41,460 bases of DNA from a virus. The DNA lies in the UHGV virus genome UHGV-0123288. One strand, written 5' to 3'. The translations under genes were made by a program, and so were the position numbers. Positions 33,741 through 41,460 of this stretch are shown one piece after another (position 1 is the first letter of the stretch; each line of letters starts with the position of its first letter). A model generated the notes under the pieces. That model did no database searches, had not been told where the DNA came from, and worked only from the letters and a program-made list of their open reading frames with translations.

Positions 33741-35468
33741 ATGAATAATATAGATTTTGTAGCTGACTACATCAATTATATAAGAGATAATCAAATACCA
33801 ATAGGTAATAAAATCAAGCAAGCAATTAGACGTCATGAGAAAGACTTAGAAAAATCAAAAGACCCAGCTTATCCATACTATTACGACCCAAAAGAAACAT
33901 ATGAACCAGTGGCATTTATTGAAATGCTACCAGACCCTAAGACACGTAAGACAAATAAACTAGCTAAGTTCCAGAAGTTTATTGTAGCATTAATCTATGG
34001 TTGGCGCAAAAAGAGTAATAAAATGCGCAGATTCAGAAAAGTATATATCAGTTTAGCACGTAAAAACGGTAAATCAATCCTGGTTGCTGGTATCTCATTG
34101 TATGAGTTTATCTTAGGACAATATCCAAAAGCTTCAAGACAGATTGTAGCTGGCGCAAATACTAAAGAACAAGCTGGAATTGTATTCCGTATGTTAAAAT
34201 CACAGCTTAAAGCATTGAGAAATTCAAGTGATAGTGTGCGTAAAATTACTAAGGTAAACAAATATGACATTGAACATTTAGAAGATGAATCAACTGTTAA
34301 ACCTTTAGCAAGTGACGCAGATAGTTTAGACGGACTAGACGTACTTTGCGGTGTATTAGATGAATACGGAGAAGCAAAAAGCACAGCATTAATTGAGGTA
34401 TTAGAAAGTTCACAGTCACAACAACCACAAGGTTTGATTTTGATTATCAGCACAACAACTAAAAATCTTAATGGACCAATGCACAGCATAGAATATCCAT
34501 TTATAACTAAGCTATTAAACGAAGAAGTTGAAGCAGACGCATACCTTGCTTTATGTTGGGAAATGGATAGTATCAGCGAAGTTGACGACCAAGCCAATTG
34601 GATAAAATCAAACCCACTGTTTGAGAATACACAATTGTATGAAACCATGTACGAACATAAGGTTAATTCATTGGCAGAGTACAAGGCAAAAGGAGACATG
34701 AGTGGTTGGCTAACTAAAGAAATGAACTTCTGGGTACAAGCTTCACAAGATAGTTTCATGGATAAAGAAAGCTGGGACGCAATCAAAGCAACAAAAGAAT
34801 ATGATATTAGAAAACGTCCTGTATTTATTGGAATGGACTTATCACGAACAAAAGATATAACGGCGGTTAGCTGGATTATACCAATTGCAGAAGAAGAGAA
34901 GTTACTCGTAAATACACATGGTTTCATTTCATCAATTGGAGGTATTGAAAAGAAAATTCAAGAGGACAAAATACCATATCGCCAATATGAAAATGAAGGT
35001 ATCGTTTCAATTAGTAAGTTAGAATCAGGATTGATTGACCATGCGGACATGTGCGACTGGATAGTTGATTTTGTTGAAACATATGATTTGGACCTACAAG
35101 GTATTTTCTATGATGGTCACCAAGCTTCACAATCAGTCTTGCGACTAGCGGAAGTTTTCGGTGAACGCTATCTAATTGAAGTACCACAGCGGATACAGTA
35201 TTTAAACGCACCTACTAAGTATCTAAGGGACGCAATATACAAAGGTGATATAATACATCAAAACAACCCACTACTCAATACAGCGATATATAATGCGTAT
35301 ATGAAAGAGTTTGCGGACAACATAGCAATTGAAAAGAAAATGAACCGCAACAAGATTGATTCATTGGACGCTTTAATAAATGCAATGAGTGAAGCAATGT
35401 ATTATGACTTTGGATATTCAAGTTTTGAAAACATGTTAGAGCAAGGTACATTTGGCTTTGGTGTTTAA
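33741..35468 (+). CDS. terL: terminase large subunit
   Basis: 575 aa with an ATPase P-loop (ARKNGKS) and a C-terminal nuclease-like region. It precedes the portal. Confidence 0.9.
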   Translation: MNNIDFVADYINYIRDNQIPIGNKIKQAIRRHEKDLEKSKDPAYPYYYDPKETYEPVAFIEMLPDPKTRKTNKLAKFQKFIVALIYGWRKKSNKMRRFRKVYISLARKNGKSILVAGISLYEFILGQYPKASRQIVAGANTKEQAGIVFRMLKSQLKALRNSSDSVRKITKVNKYDIEHLEDESTVKPLASDADSLDGLDVLCGVLDEYGEAKSTALIEVLESSQSQQPQGLILIISTTTKNLNGPMHSIEYPFITKLLNEEVEADAYLALCWEMDSISEVDDQANWIKSNPLFENTQLYETMYEHKVNSLAEYKAKGDMSGWLTKEMNFWVQASQDSFMDKESWDAIKATKEYDIRKRPVFIGMDLSRTKDITAVSWIIPIAEEEKLLVNTHGFISSIGGIEKKIQEDKIPYRQYENEGIVSISKLESGLIDHADMCDWIVDFVETYDLDLQGIFYDGHQASQSVLRLAEVFGERYLIEVPQRIQYLNAPTKYLRDAIYKGDIIHQNNPLLNTAIYNAYMKEFADNIAIEKKMNRNKIDSLDALINAMSEAMYYDFGYSSFENMLEQGTFGFGV

Positions 35469-35494
35469 GTAACACCCTCAATATAGGGTAAACA

Positions 35495-35503
35495 TGATAT
35501 ACT
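35495..35503 (+). promoter_or_regulatory. extended -10 promoter (TGaTATAcT) for moron genes
   Basis: Located after the terL stop. Confidence 0.45.
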
Positions 35504-35560
35504 ATAGGAGTGGTAGAGATACTAACAAAAAAAAAAAGACAGATAGAAAGGAAGATTTAA

Positions 35561-35827
35561 ATGTTATTACAAATTAACAAGGTAGTAAAGGAATTAACAG
35601 AAGGAGAACCGTGTCCCGCGTTGGTAGATTATGTAGATGGGATTACACATACTCAACAATTTACAGATGGTATCAAATGTTTCAAGAAAGATGGTACTCA
35701 AATTTTAGTGGTACGAAAAAATCCGTTTGAAATTGAGATTGAAAACCTTGATAATTATGAAGGTTTTAAAGTTTATGCTGTATATCTATTAAATGATGAA
35801 GGTAAAACATTACGTAAATTAGCATAA
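35561..35827 (+). CDS. hypothetical protein (moron-like insert between terL and portal)
   Basis: 88 aa with its own extended -10 promoter upstream (35495-35503) and its own terminator downstream (35831-35862). Confidence 0.5.
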   Translation: MLLQINKVVKELTEGEPCPALVDYVDGITHTQQFTDGIKCFKKDGTQILVVRKNPFEIEIENLDNYEGFKVYAVYLLNDEGKTLRKLA

Positions 35828-35830
35828 ATT

Positions 35831-35862
35831 AAAAGAGTGGCTAAACACCACTCTTTTTTTAT
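35831..35862 (+). terminator. intrinsic terminator after moron gene
   Basis: Stem agagtgg / ccactct followed by ttttttt. Confidence 0.8.
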
Positions 35863-35901
35863 ATGTTTTGTGTTAAAATAAGGTGTATAGGAGGGTTTAA
35901 T

Positions 35902-36066
35902 ATGAAAAATCCAGTAATTTATGTAGTGTTATTTTACGTTTTAGGAGTATTAGCACTTGTAACAAGCATGTTTTTTGTTAGTATTGTAGCTGGTTTAGTA
36001 GCATTAGGACTATCATTATTAGTACCAGCAGTAGTTTTATACCTAGAATTGAAAGAAGGTGAATAG
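35902..36066 (+). CDS. small two-TM membrane protein
   Basis: 54 aa from the Met with an RBS (aggaggg). The sequence is hydrophobic (VIYVVLFYVLGVLALV...). Confidence 0.45.
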   Translation: MKNPVIYVVLFYVLGVLALVTSMFFVSIVAGLVALGLSLLVPAVVLYLELKEGE

Positions 36067-36070
36067 TTAA

Positions 36071-37249
36071 ATGGGCGTATTTATTGCACCACAGACTAAA
36101 GCAGAGAAGAATTTTATTGATTATATTGAAAGCGGAATGGATAACTTAGGATATTTGACAGGTGAACGAGCATTACAAAATTCAGACGTGTTCACAGGTG
36201 TAAATATCATTGGTGGTGATATTGGTAAATCACTATTCAGAAAAGTTCCAGATGAACACGCAGACCAAAGTTTTTTACAACTAATCAACAAGCGACCACA
36301 TGAAAAACAAAGTCATTATACATTCATGTATGCAACAGTTGCACAGCTAATTCTTTATGGTAACTCATACGCAATCATTCACAGAGAAAAAGAGAATGAT
36401 TATAACTCACCAATTAAGTCATTAGAGTTTGTAACAGCAGACCAAGTGAACCTAATTCAAGATATGACAACAGGTGAATGGCGCTATGATGTAACGTTAG
36501 ATTATGGTAACCACATGTTAAGATGTGAACCACGTGACATCTTACACTTTAGAATTTCAGTTGTAGATGGTTTCATTGGTCGTAGTCCTTTATTGTCTTT
36601 ACGTGATGAAATCGGAATGCAAACAAACGGCAACAAGATTTTATCCAAGTTCTTTGCAAACGGTGTTTTCGGTGGCGGAATCTTAAAACTTAAAAAAGGT
36701 TATGTAGACAACGCAACCAAAAAGAAAATTCGTGAAGATTTTGAAAGAGCTAATGGCGGAAGTACAAACAGTAATGGTGTTATCGTTTTAGATGAAGCAA
36801 CAGACTTCACAGAATACAAAATGAATACTGATATTTTGAAATTGATTCAATCAAACAAATTCAGTACGCAACAAATTGCAAAAGTTTTAGGTATTCCATT
36901 GAACCGCTTTGGTATGGAATTAGTAAACTCAACTGATAGCGGACAAAATGACATCTATATTGCGTCAACAATTAGTCAATATGAATCTGCAATCTGTGAC
37001 GAAATCGCAATTAAAACAGGTAATGTTTTAGAAATGGACTTTTCAAGTCTAATGAACGATACATTAGATGACAGACGCAAACAATTATTTAGTGGAAAAG
37101 CAAGTAAAGAATTACTATCAACTATCAAAGAAAACGAAGTTCGTGCATATTATGGGTATGAACCGTTAGAAGATGGAGAAACAACAGTTAAAACAGAGAG
37201 TGAAGAAAAGGAAGTGTACGAGAATGAAACAGACGCAACTGGAAATTAG
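36071..37249 (+). CDS. portal protein (HK97-like family)
   Basis: 392 aa, located between terL and the prohead protease. A conserved segment is LYGNSYA. Confidence 0.85.
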   Translation: MGVFIAPQTKAEKNFIDYIESGMDNLGYLTGERALQNSDVFTGVNIIGGDIGKSLFRKVPDEHADQSFLQLINKRPHEKQSHYTFMYATVAQLILYGNSYAIIHREKENDYNSPIKSLEFVTADQVNLIQDMTTGEWRYDVTLDYGNHMLRCEPRDILHFRISVVDGFIGRSPLLSLRDEIGMQTNGNKILSKFFANGVFGGGILKLKKGYVDNATKKKIREDFERANGGSTNSNGVIVLDEATDFTEYKMNTDILKLIQSNKFSTQQIAKVLGIPLNRFGMELVNSTDSGQNDIYIASTISQYESAICDEIAIKTGNVLEMDFSSLMNDTLDDRRKQLFSGKASKELLSTIKENEVRAYYGYEPLEDGETTVKTESEEKEVYENETDATGN

Positions 37250-37778
37250 ACAACTACATGAGTTCGTAAATGAAAACAATATTGTTGAAGGTTACGCATT
37301 AAAATTCAATAAACCATCAAAGGACCTAGGTGGTTTTATTGAAACTATTGACGCAAGAGCGTTGGACGGCGTTAATATGGAAGATGTAAAATTATTTTTA
37401 AATCACGATTCAGGCAACTTACTTGGAAGAACAAAGAGCGGTACACTTCAATTATCAGTTGATGAAGTGGGTTTGAAATTCCGTTGTGAGTTACCAAATA
37501 CAACACTTGGAAATGACGTGATGGAACTTGTAAAACGTGGTGACCTTAGTCAATGTTCATTTGGCTTTACGGTTGCGGAAGATGAATGGGAAAGGAGAGA
37601 CGGCAAACCAGTTAGAACTATCAAAAAAATCAATACACTAGCTGAAATATCACTGGTTTCAATTCCAGCATATGATGACACAGATGTTGCAGTAGCTAAA
37701 CGCTCACTTGAAAACATGGAAGTAAACGAAATGGAAAAACGCAAACTAGAATTACAGTTACGACTAGCAACCTTGTAA
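37224..37778 (+). CDS. prohead maturation protease (HK97 gp4 / S78-like)
   Basis: A His-containing motif (FLNHDS) and a Ser-containing motif (QCSFGF) are present. The start is set at the Met with an RBS; the ORF track gives an alternative start at 37173. Confidence 0.75.
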   Translation: MKQTQLEIRQLHEFVNENNIVEGYALKFNKPSKDLGGFIETIDARALDGVNMEDVKLFLNHDSGNLLGRTKSGTLQLSVDEVGLKFRCELPNTTLGNDVMELVKRGDLSQCSFGFTVAEDEWERRDGKPVRTIKKINTLAEISLVSIPAYDDTDVAVAKRSLENMEVNEMEKRKLELQLRLATL

Positions 37779-37809
37779 GAGTAACGCCCACAACTCACCT
37801 TGTTCATGA

Positions 37810-37818
37810 TATACTATC
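37810..37818 (+). promoter_or_regulatory. extended -10 promoter (TGaTATAcT) for capsid gene
   Basis: Followed by the conserved leader tagtaagaaaata (37824-37836), which is shared with the major-tail gene leader. Confidence 0.55.
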
Positions 37819-37854
37819 TTTAGTAAGAAAATAATATGTAAAGGAGTTTACAGC

Positions 37855-39075
37855 ATGAACAAGGCAGAGTTAGAAGCGCAAGCAAAATCTTTGTTGGCAG
37901 AAGGTAAACTTGACGAAGCTAAAAAAGTTATTGAACAGTTAGAAGCTTTGAAAGATAAAACACCAGCTGAAAACGAAGAACGTGCAGAAGATAAAACAGA
38001 AGCACCTAAAGACGAAGTCAAAAAGGAAGAGCTTAAAGAAGAACCAAAGGACGAACCTAAAGACGAAGTCAAAGACAAACCAAAGGAAGAACCAAAAAAA
38101 GAAGAACGTTCAATTGAGAACGCAAAAGGAGAAGATATTGACATGGAGAAAGTAAAAATCAATGGTAAAGAGTTAGCAGAGCCAGTAACAGAACAACGTG
38201 CGTTTTTAGACTACGTAACTTCAAAATCAACTAGCGTAAAATCATTTAACGAAACACGTGCGGTTGATGACGGACAAGTTAAATCAACAGACGCAGAAGC
38301 AATTATCCCAGAAGATATTATCACAAAAGCACGTAAATTACCAGACACAGTTGTTGACTTACGTAATAAAGTGAACAGCATCAAAGTTAAAACATCTGGC
38401 GGTAAATACCCAATCTTGAAATCAACTACTGCAAAAATGGTAACAGTTGAAGAGTTGGCAAAAAACCCAGCATTGGCAAAACCTGAATTTGAAGAAGTTC
38501 CTTACAACGTATCAACTTACCGTGGTCAAATTGTTGTATCACAAGAATCATTAGATGATTCAGCGGACGACTTAGCTGGAATTATTGCTGATTCAGTACA
38601 ACGTCAAGGCTTAAACACAACTAACTTTGTTTTAGCTAACTTGTTAAAAACAGCTACAGGAGTACCAGCAAAATCATTAGATGACATCAAAACACAGATT
38701 AACACTGGTTTCGACCCAGCTTACGGTTTAGAATTAATTGTTACTCAATCATTCTACAACGCAGTTGACATCATGAAAGACGGTGAAGGCCGTTACTTAT
38801 TACAAACTGACATTACAGCACAGTCTGGTAAATCATTGTTTGGTGTTCCAGTAACAGTGTTGAAAGATGAAATGTTAGGTAAGAAAGGTGATAAAGTGGC
38901 ATTCTTAGGCGACCCAGTAGCATTTGCAACATTCTTCAATCGTGCTGAAACTACTGCTCGTTGGATTGACCACGAAATTTATGGTCAATACTTAGCAATC
39001 TTCATGCGTTTTGATGCTAAAGTAGTAGACAAAAACGCTGGTAAATTCATTACATTAACACCACAATTGCCCTAG
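37855..39075 (+). CDS. major capsid protein (HK97 fold) with Lys/Glu-rich N-terminal delta/scaffold domain
   Basis: 406 aa. The N-terminal ~110 aa form a coiled-coil KEE/PKDE repeat region. The gene follows the protease. A possible +1 frameshift extension runs to 39139. Confidence 0.9.
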   Translation: MNKAELEAQAKSLLAEGKLDEAKKVIEQLEALKDKTPAENEERAEDKTEAPKDEVKKEELKEEPKDEPKDEVKDKPKEEPKKEERSIENAKGEDIDMEKVKINGKELAEPVTEQRAFLDYVTSKSTSVKSFNETRAVDDGQVKSTDAEAIIPEDIITKARKLPDTVVDLRNKVNSIKVKTSGGKYPILKSTTAKMVTVEELAKNPALAKPEFEEVPYNVSTYRGQIVVSQESLDDSADDLAGIIADSVQRQGLNTTNFVLANLLKTATGVPAKSLDDIKTQINTGFDPAYGLELIVTQSFYNAVDIMKDGEGRYLLQTDITAQSGKSLFGVPVTVLKDEMLGKKGDKVAFLGDPVAFATFFNRAETTARWIDHEIYGQYLAIFMRFDAKVVDKNAGKFITLTPQLP

Positions 39076-39134
39076 TACACCACCTGTGGTAGGACAGGTG
39101 ACACCAGCAGATACAAGTGTATCAATTGAATTGA
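39067..39134 (+). repeat. 68-nt element at capsid 3' end, identical to 41448..41460+1..55 at major-tail 3' end
   Basis: The shared sequence is ttgccctagtacaccacctgtggtaggacaggtgacaccagcagatacaagtgtatcaattgaattga. It includes the last two codons and stop of both genes. The two flanks diverge immediately afterwards. Confidence 0.95.
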
Positions 39135-39144
39135 GTTAAACACT

Positions 39145-39176
39145 AAGAGGTGGGGCATACGCCTTACCTCTTTTTA
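39145..39176 (+). terminator. intrinsic terminator after capsid gene/extension
   Basis: Stem aagaggt / acctctt followed by ttttt. Confidence 0.7.
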
Positions 39177-39200
39177 AAATATAAAAGGAGAGTGTAAATT

Positions 39201-39401
39201 ATGGCTAAAGTATTTAATGTATACAAGAAAACAGGTGAAAAGATTGTGACTGAACAACCATCACCAGTAACAATCATTGGTTTAACAGCAGAAAAACTAT
39301 ATAGTAAAGGTGATTTTCAAGTAACAGCTATTGAAGATGGTAAGCCAGAATCTAGCAAAGTAGATGTACCAGCATTCACTACAACTGCAACAGCTGGATA
39401 A
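39201..39401 (+). CDS. hypothetical small protein
   Basis: 66 aa with an RBS (aaggagag), bracketed by terminators. Confidence 0.45.
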   Translation: MAKVFNVYKKTGEKIVTEQPSPVTIIGLTAEKLYSKGDFQVTAIEDGKPESSKVDVPAFTTTATAG

Positions 39402-39418
39402 TAAAAGAGGGTTTAGCC
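39395..39418 (+). terminator. intrinsic terminator after 66-aa gene
   Basis: Stem agaggg / ccctct with loop tttag, followed by ttttt. Confidence 0.7.
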
Positions 39419-39444
39419 CTCTTTTTAACTAAGGAGGTATGATA

Positions 39445-39738
39445 ATGTTAACATTAGAAGAGGTAAAAAACAATTTACGTTTAGACTATGATGCAGATGA
39501 TGTTTATATTCAGACGTTAATTGATACAAGCTCAATGTTTATCTTAGGTGCTATTGAGGTTAAAACAGTTCCAAATGATGTACGCTTTAAGACTTGCCAG
39601 TTCATGTTGGTTTCTCTTTGGTATGAAAACCGCGTTCCAGCAACCAGCGCACTGCAACAAGATGTACCGTTCACTATTCAGGCATTTATTTGGCAATTAA
39701 GGGGGCTATCTGATGGCGATACCAACACAACATCTTAA
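39445..39738 (+). CDS. head-tail connector (gp6-like)
   Basis: The N-terminus is LTLEEVKNNLRLDYDADD... An RBS (aaggagg) favours the Met at 39445 over the one at 39439. Confidence 0.6.
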   Translation: MLTLEEVKNNLRLDYDADDVYIQTLIDTSSMFILGAIEVKTVPNDVRFKTCQFMLVSLWYENRVPATSALQQDVPFTIQAFIWQLRGLSDGDTNTTS

Positions 39739-40045
39739 TCAGAAAATCACTATTCAAGAGAAAACAACAGCTAAAAACGATAAATTTGAATGGGTAACAA
39801 CGTGGGTTGATAAAGCAACTATATGGTGTAGTGTAAAACAACAGTATTTCAGAGATTTTAAAGAAACATATGGTACTGCATTAGAGGATACAACTAATTT
39901 TGTTGTGCGTTATGAACAGCGTTTCCAATTACAAAATGATATGCGTGTTGTATATAAAGGTGTTAACTATGAAATAGTATCCATTTTAGAAGGTAGCTAT
40001 GACCGTGACTTCACAACATTAGTATGTAAGAGGGTTAAGAAATGA
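39713..40045 (+). CDS. head closure / head-tail adaptor protein
   Basis: 110 aa in the conserved neck position, overlapping the previous gene. Confidence 0.6.
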   Translation: MAIPTQHLNQKITIQEKTTAKNDKFEWVTTWVDKATIWCSVKQQYFRDFKETYGTALEDTTNFVVRYEQRFQLQNDMRVVYKGVNYEIVSILEGSYDRDFTTLVCKRVKK

Positions 40046-40449
40046 GTAAGCAGAATTATGCTGACTTTTCAGACGCATACAACGCACTTATAAAGATTGG
40101 CAAAAACGCAGATGGTATCACAGCAAAAGCACTGAATAAAGCTGGAGAAATAGGAGAGCAAGAACTTGCTAAACGCACACCATATTGGAACGGTAAAAAG
40201 TACAGTAGAAAAGACCAGATGTACAAGCGTGAACATATGCAGAAAAATACAGCAATGACAAAAGCAAGCAAAGGTAAACATGAAGTGTTGATTGGGTATA
40301 ATGACCAAGTTTCGTGGAGAGTTCACTTCACAGAATTAGGAACAATGACACAAAGACCGCAACATTTCATTGAAAAGACCATTAAAGAGGTTCAAGACGA
40401 AATAGAAAAGATAATTATTAAAGCAATGGAGGAGGCGTTTCTAAAATGA
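40042..40449 (+). CDS. HK97 gp10-like neck/tail-completion protein
   Basis: 135 aa, positioned between the head closure gene and the tail terminator. Confidence 0.55.
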   Translation: MSKQNYADFSDAYNALIKIGKNADGITAKALNKAGEIGEQELAKRTPYWNGKKYSRKDQMYKREHMQKNTAMTKASKGKHEVLIGYNDQVSWRVHFTELGTMTQRPQHFIEKTIKEVQDEIEKIIIKAMEEAFLK

Positions 40450-40811
40450 CATTACCTATTTTACAAGTGGCACAGACACTTAATGAAGCACACCCAGAAG
40501 TCAACTGGTTTACTAATGAAGTACCAAACGAATTTGTGTCACTTCCTAAGTTGCCAGTAGGTAGAATCACAGAGCTAGACATGGACTATCACGCATACGC
40601 AAGTGCAGACCCAAATTATTACACAACCTATATCCAAGTTGATTTGTGGGTTGAAGATTTGACAATGTTGGATAAATACTATCTAGCAATTGATAAGACT
40701 ATGCGTGCTGACAACGTACAATGTTCATTTAGTACACAGACATATGAACCAGACCTAGAGGGAGCCAGTCGCATTGTGAAACGTTACGTAATCACTCAAA
40801 GAGTTGTCTAA
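40446..40811 (+). CDS. tail terminator-like protein
   Basis: 121 aa, immediately upstream of the major tail protein. Confidence 0.45.
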   Translation: MTLPILQVAQTLNEAHPEVNWFTNEVPNEFVSLPKLPVGRITELDMDYHAYASADPNYYTTYIQVDLWVEDLTMLDKYYLAIDKTMRADNVQCSFSTQTYEPDLEGASRIVKRYVITQRVV

Positions 40812-40838
40812 GTGACGCCCTAAAAGTAGTTGATTAAT

Positions 40839-40847
40839 GATATAATT
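40839..40847 (+). promoter_or_regulatory. extended -10 promoter (TGaTATAAT) for major tail gene
   Basis: Followed by the conserved leader tagtaagaaaata (40853-40865). Confidence 0.55.
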
Positions 40848-40889
40848 ATTCTAGTAAGAAAATATAAACACTAAAGGAGAGAAACAATT

Positions 40890-41456
40890 ATGGCAGTCGT
40901 AGGATTCAAAAAAGCTATTATCAGTGTACCTAAAGCAGGCGGAACTGGCGTTGATAAATACACAATTGATAATAGCGGTGGCGGTACTATTGAAGCGTCA
41001 ATTCAAGGAATTTCAGCAGAACAAACAACCGTTTATGCGTCAAACGTTCCAATTTGGGTATCAGCTAAAGGAGTTGGAGAGTTAACAGCTTCATTAAACG
41101 TATTTGACTTGTATAAAAACAACGTTTATGAGAAAATTTTAGGTATTCAACGTGGTGAAGATGGTATTGCAATCGTTGGTGAAGATACAGAAGCGCCTTA
41201 CGTTTCAGCAGTATTTGTTGCAGACGGTGCAGACGGTAAAGAGATGTACTTTGGTTTAGTTAAAGGACGTTTCAGCCACCCAGAAATCGCATTGAATACA
41301 ACAGAATCTGGTGGTACAGAACCAAACACAGAAACAATTGAAGGTTCATTTGTAACAGATTCACGTGGCTTTGCATACATGAGTGCTGTTTCAAGCAAAA
41401 CATTAACACTTGATAACTTTGTTGACAAAGTAAACAATATTAAGCATTTGCCCTAG
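40890..41456 (+). CDS. major tail (tube) protein
   Basis: 188 aa, located before the G/GT chaperone and TMP, with a strong RBS (aaaggagag). Its 3' end carries the same CCC-UAG cassette as the capsid gene, which continues at positions 1-60. Confidence 0.8.
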   Translation: MAVVGFKKAIISVPKAGGTGVDKYTIDNSGGGTIEASIQGISAEQTTVYASNVPIWVSAKGVGELTASLNVFDLYKNNVYEKILGIQRGEDGIAIVGEDTEAPYVSAVFVADGADGKEMYFGLVKGRFSHPEIALNTTESGGTEPNTETIEGSFVTDSRGFAYMSAVSSKTLTLDNFVDKVNNIKHLP

Positions 41457-41460
41457 TACA

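Noticed and set aside
33995-34927. Minus-strand 310-aa ORF
   Set aside because: It is embedded antisense in terL. The translation is Ser/Leu/Cys-rich and low-complexity, typical of shadow ORFs.
37848-38162. Minus-strand 104-aa Ser-rich ORF
   Set aside because: It is antisense to the Lys/Glu repeat region of the capsid delta domain, so it is a repeat-driven shadow ORF.
39073-39139. -1 (rather than +1) recoding at the capsid/tail CCC-UAG site, or simple stop-codon read-through
   Set aside because: The -1 frame hits tag after 7 codons. In-frame read-through of UAG would continue TAC ACC ACC TGT GGT AGG ACA GGT GAC ..., which is less parsimonious than the +1 frame that closes neatly 21 codons later in both copies. 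It cannot be fully excluded without MS.

Overview
The window appears to be a complete, circularly closed 41.46-kb genome of a low-GC Firmicutes siphovirus. The 3' end of the major tail gene at 41456 and its downstream conserved element continue seamlessly into positions 1-60. There are two transcription arms. The + strand carries the late, structural and lysis genes, running 31251 -> window end -> 1 -> 10991. These include HNH nucleases, TerS, TerL, portal, prohead protease, an HK97-type capsid, neck proteins, major tail protein, G/GT chaperone, tape measure with an SLT domain, Dit, Tal, an XhlA-like protein, holin and a signal-peptide amidase endolysin. The - strand carries the early and replication genes, running 30747 -> 11081. 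These include family-B DNA polymerase, PrimPol, D5/P4-type primase-helicase, SF2 helicase, VRR-NUC, MBL-fold hydrolase, NrdH, a NUMOD4/HNH_3 homing endonuclease and many small ORFs. No integrase or CI-like repressor was recognised, so the phage looks virulent. The most striking item is an identical 68-nt cassette at the 3' ends of both the capsid and major-tail genes. It consists of a CCC-UAG 'shifty stop' plus a downstream hairpin, consistent with a programmed +1 frameshift that would append the same 21-aa tail to both proteins. Other items: an iteron-rich early/late divergent intergenic region (ori/switch candidate); two distinct promoter classes by strand; palindromic operator-like sites on early promoters; an exact 751-bp tandem duplication; a five-member paralogous early gene family; 70-nt direct repeats bracketing the lysis cassette; and a putative cos/terminase-binding repeat region between the HNH genes.
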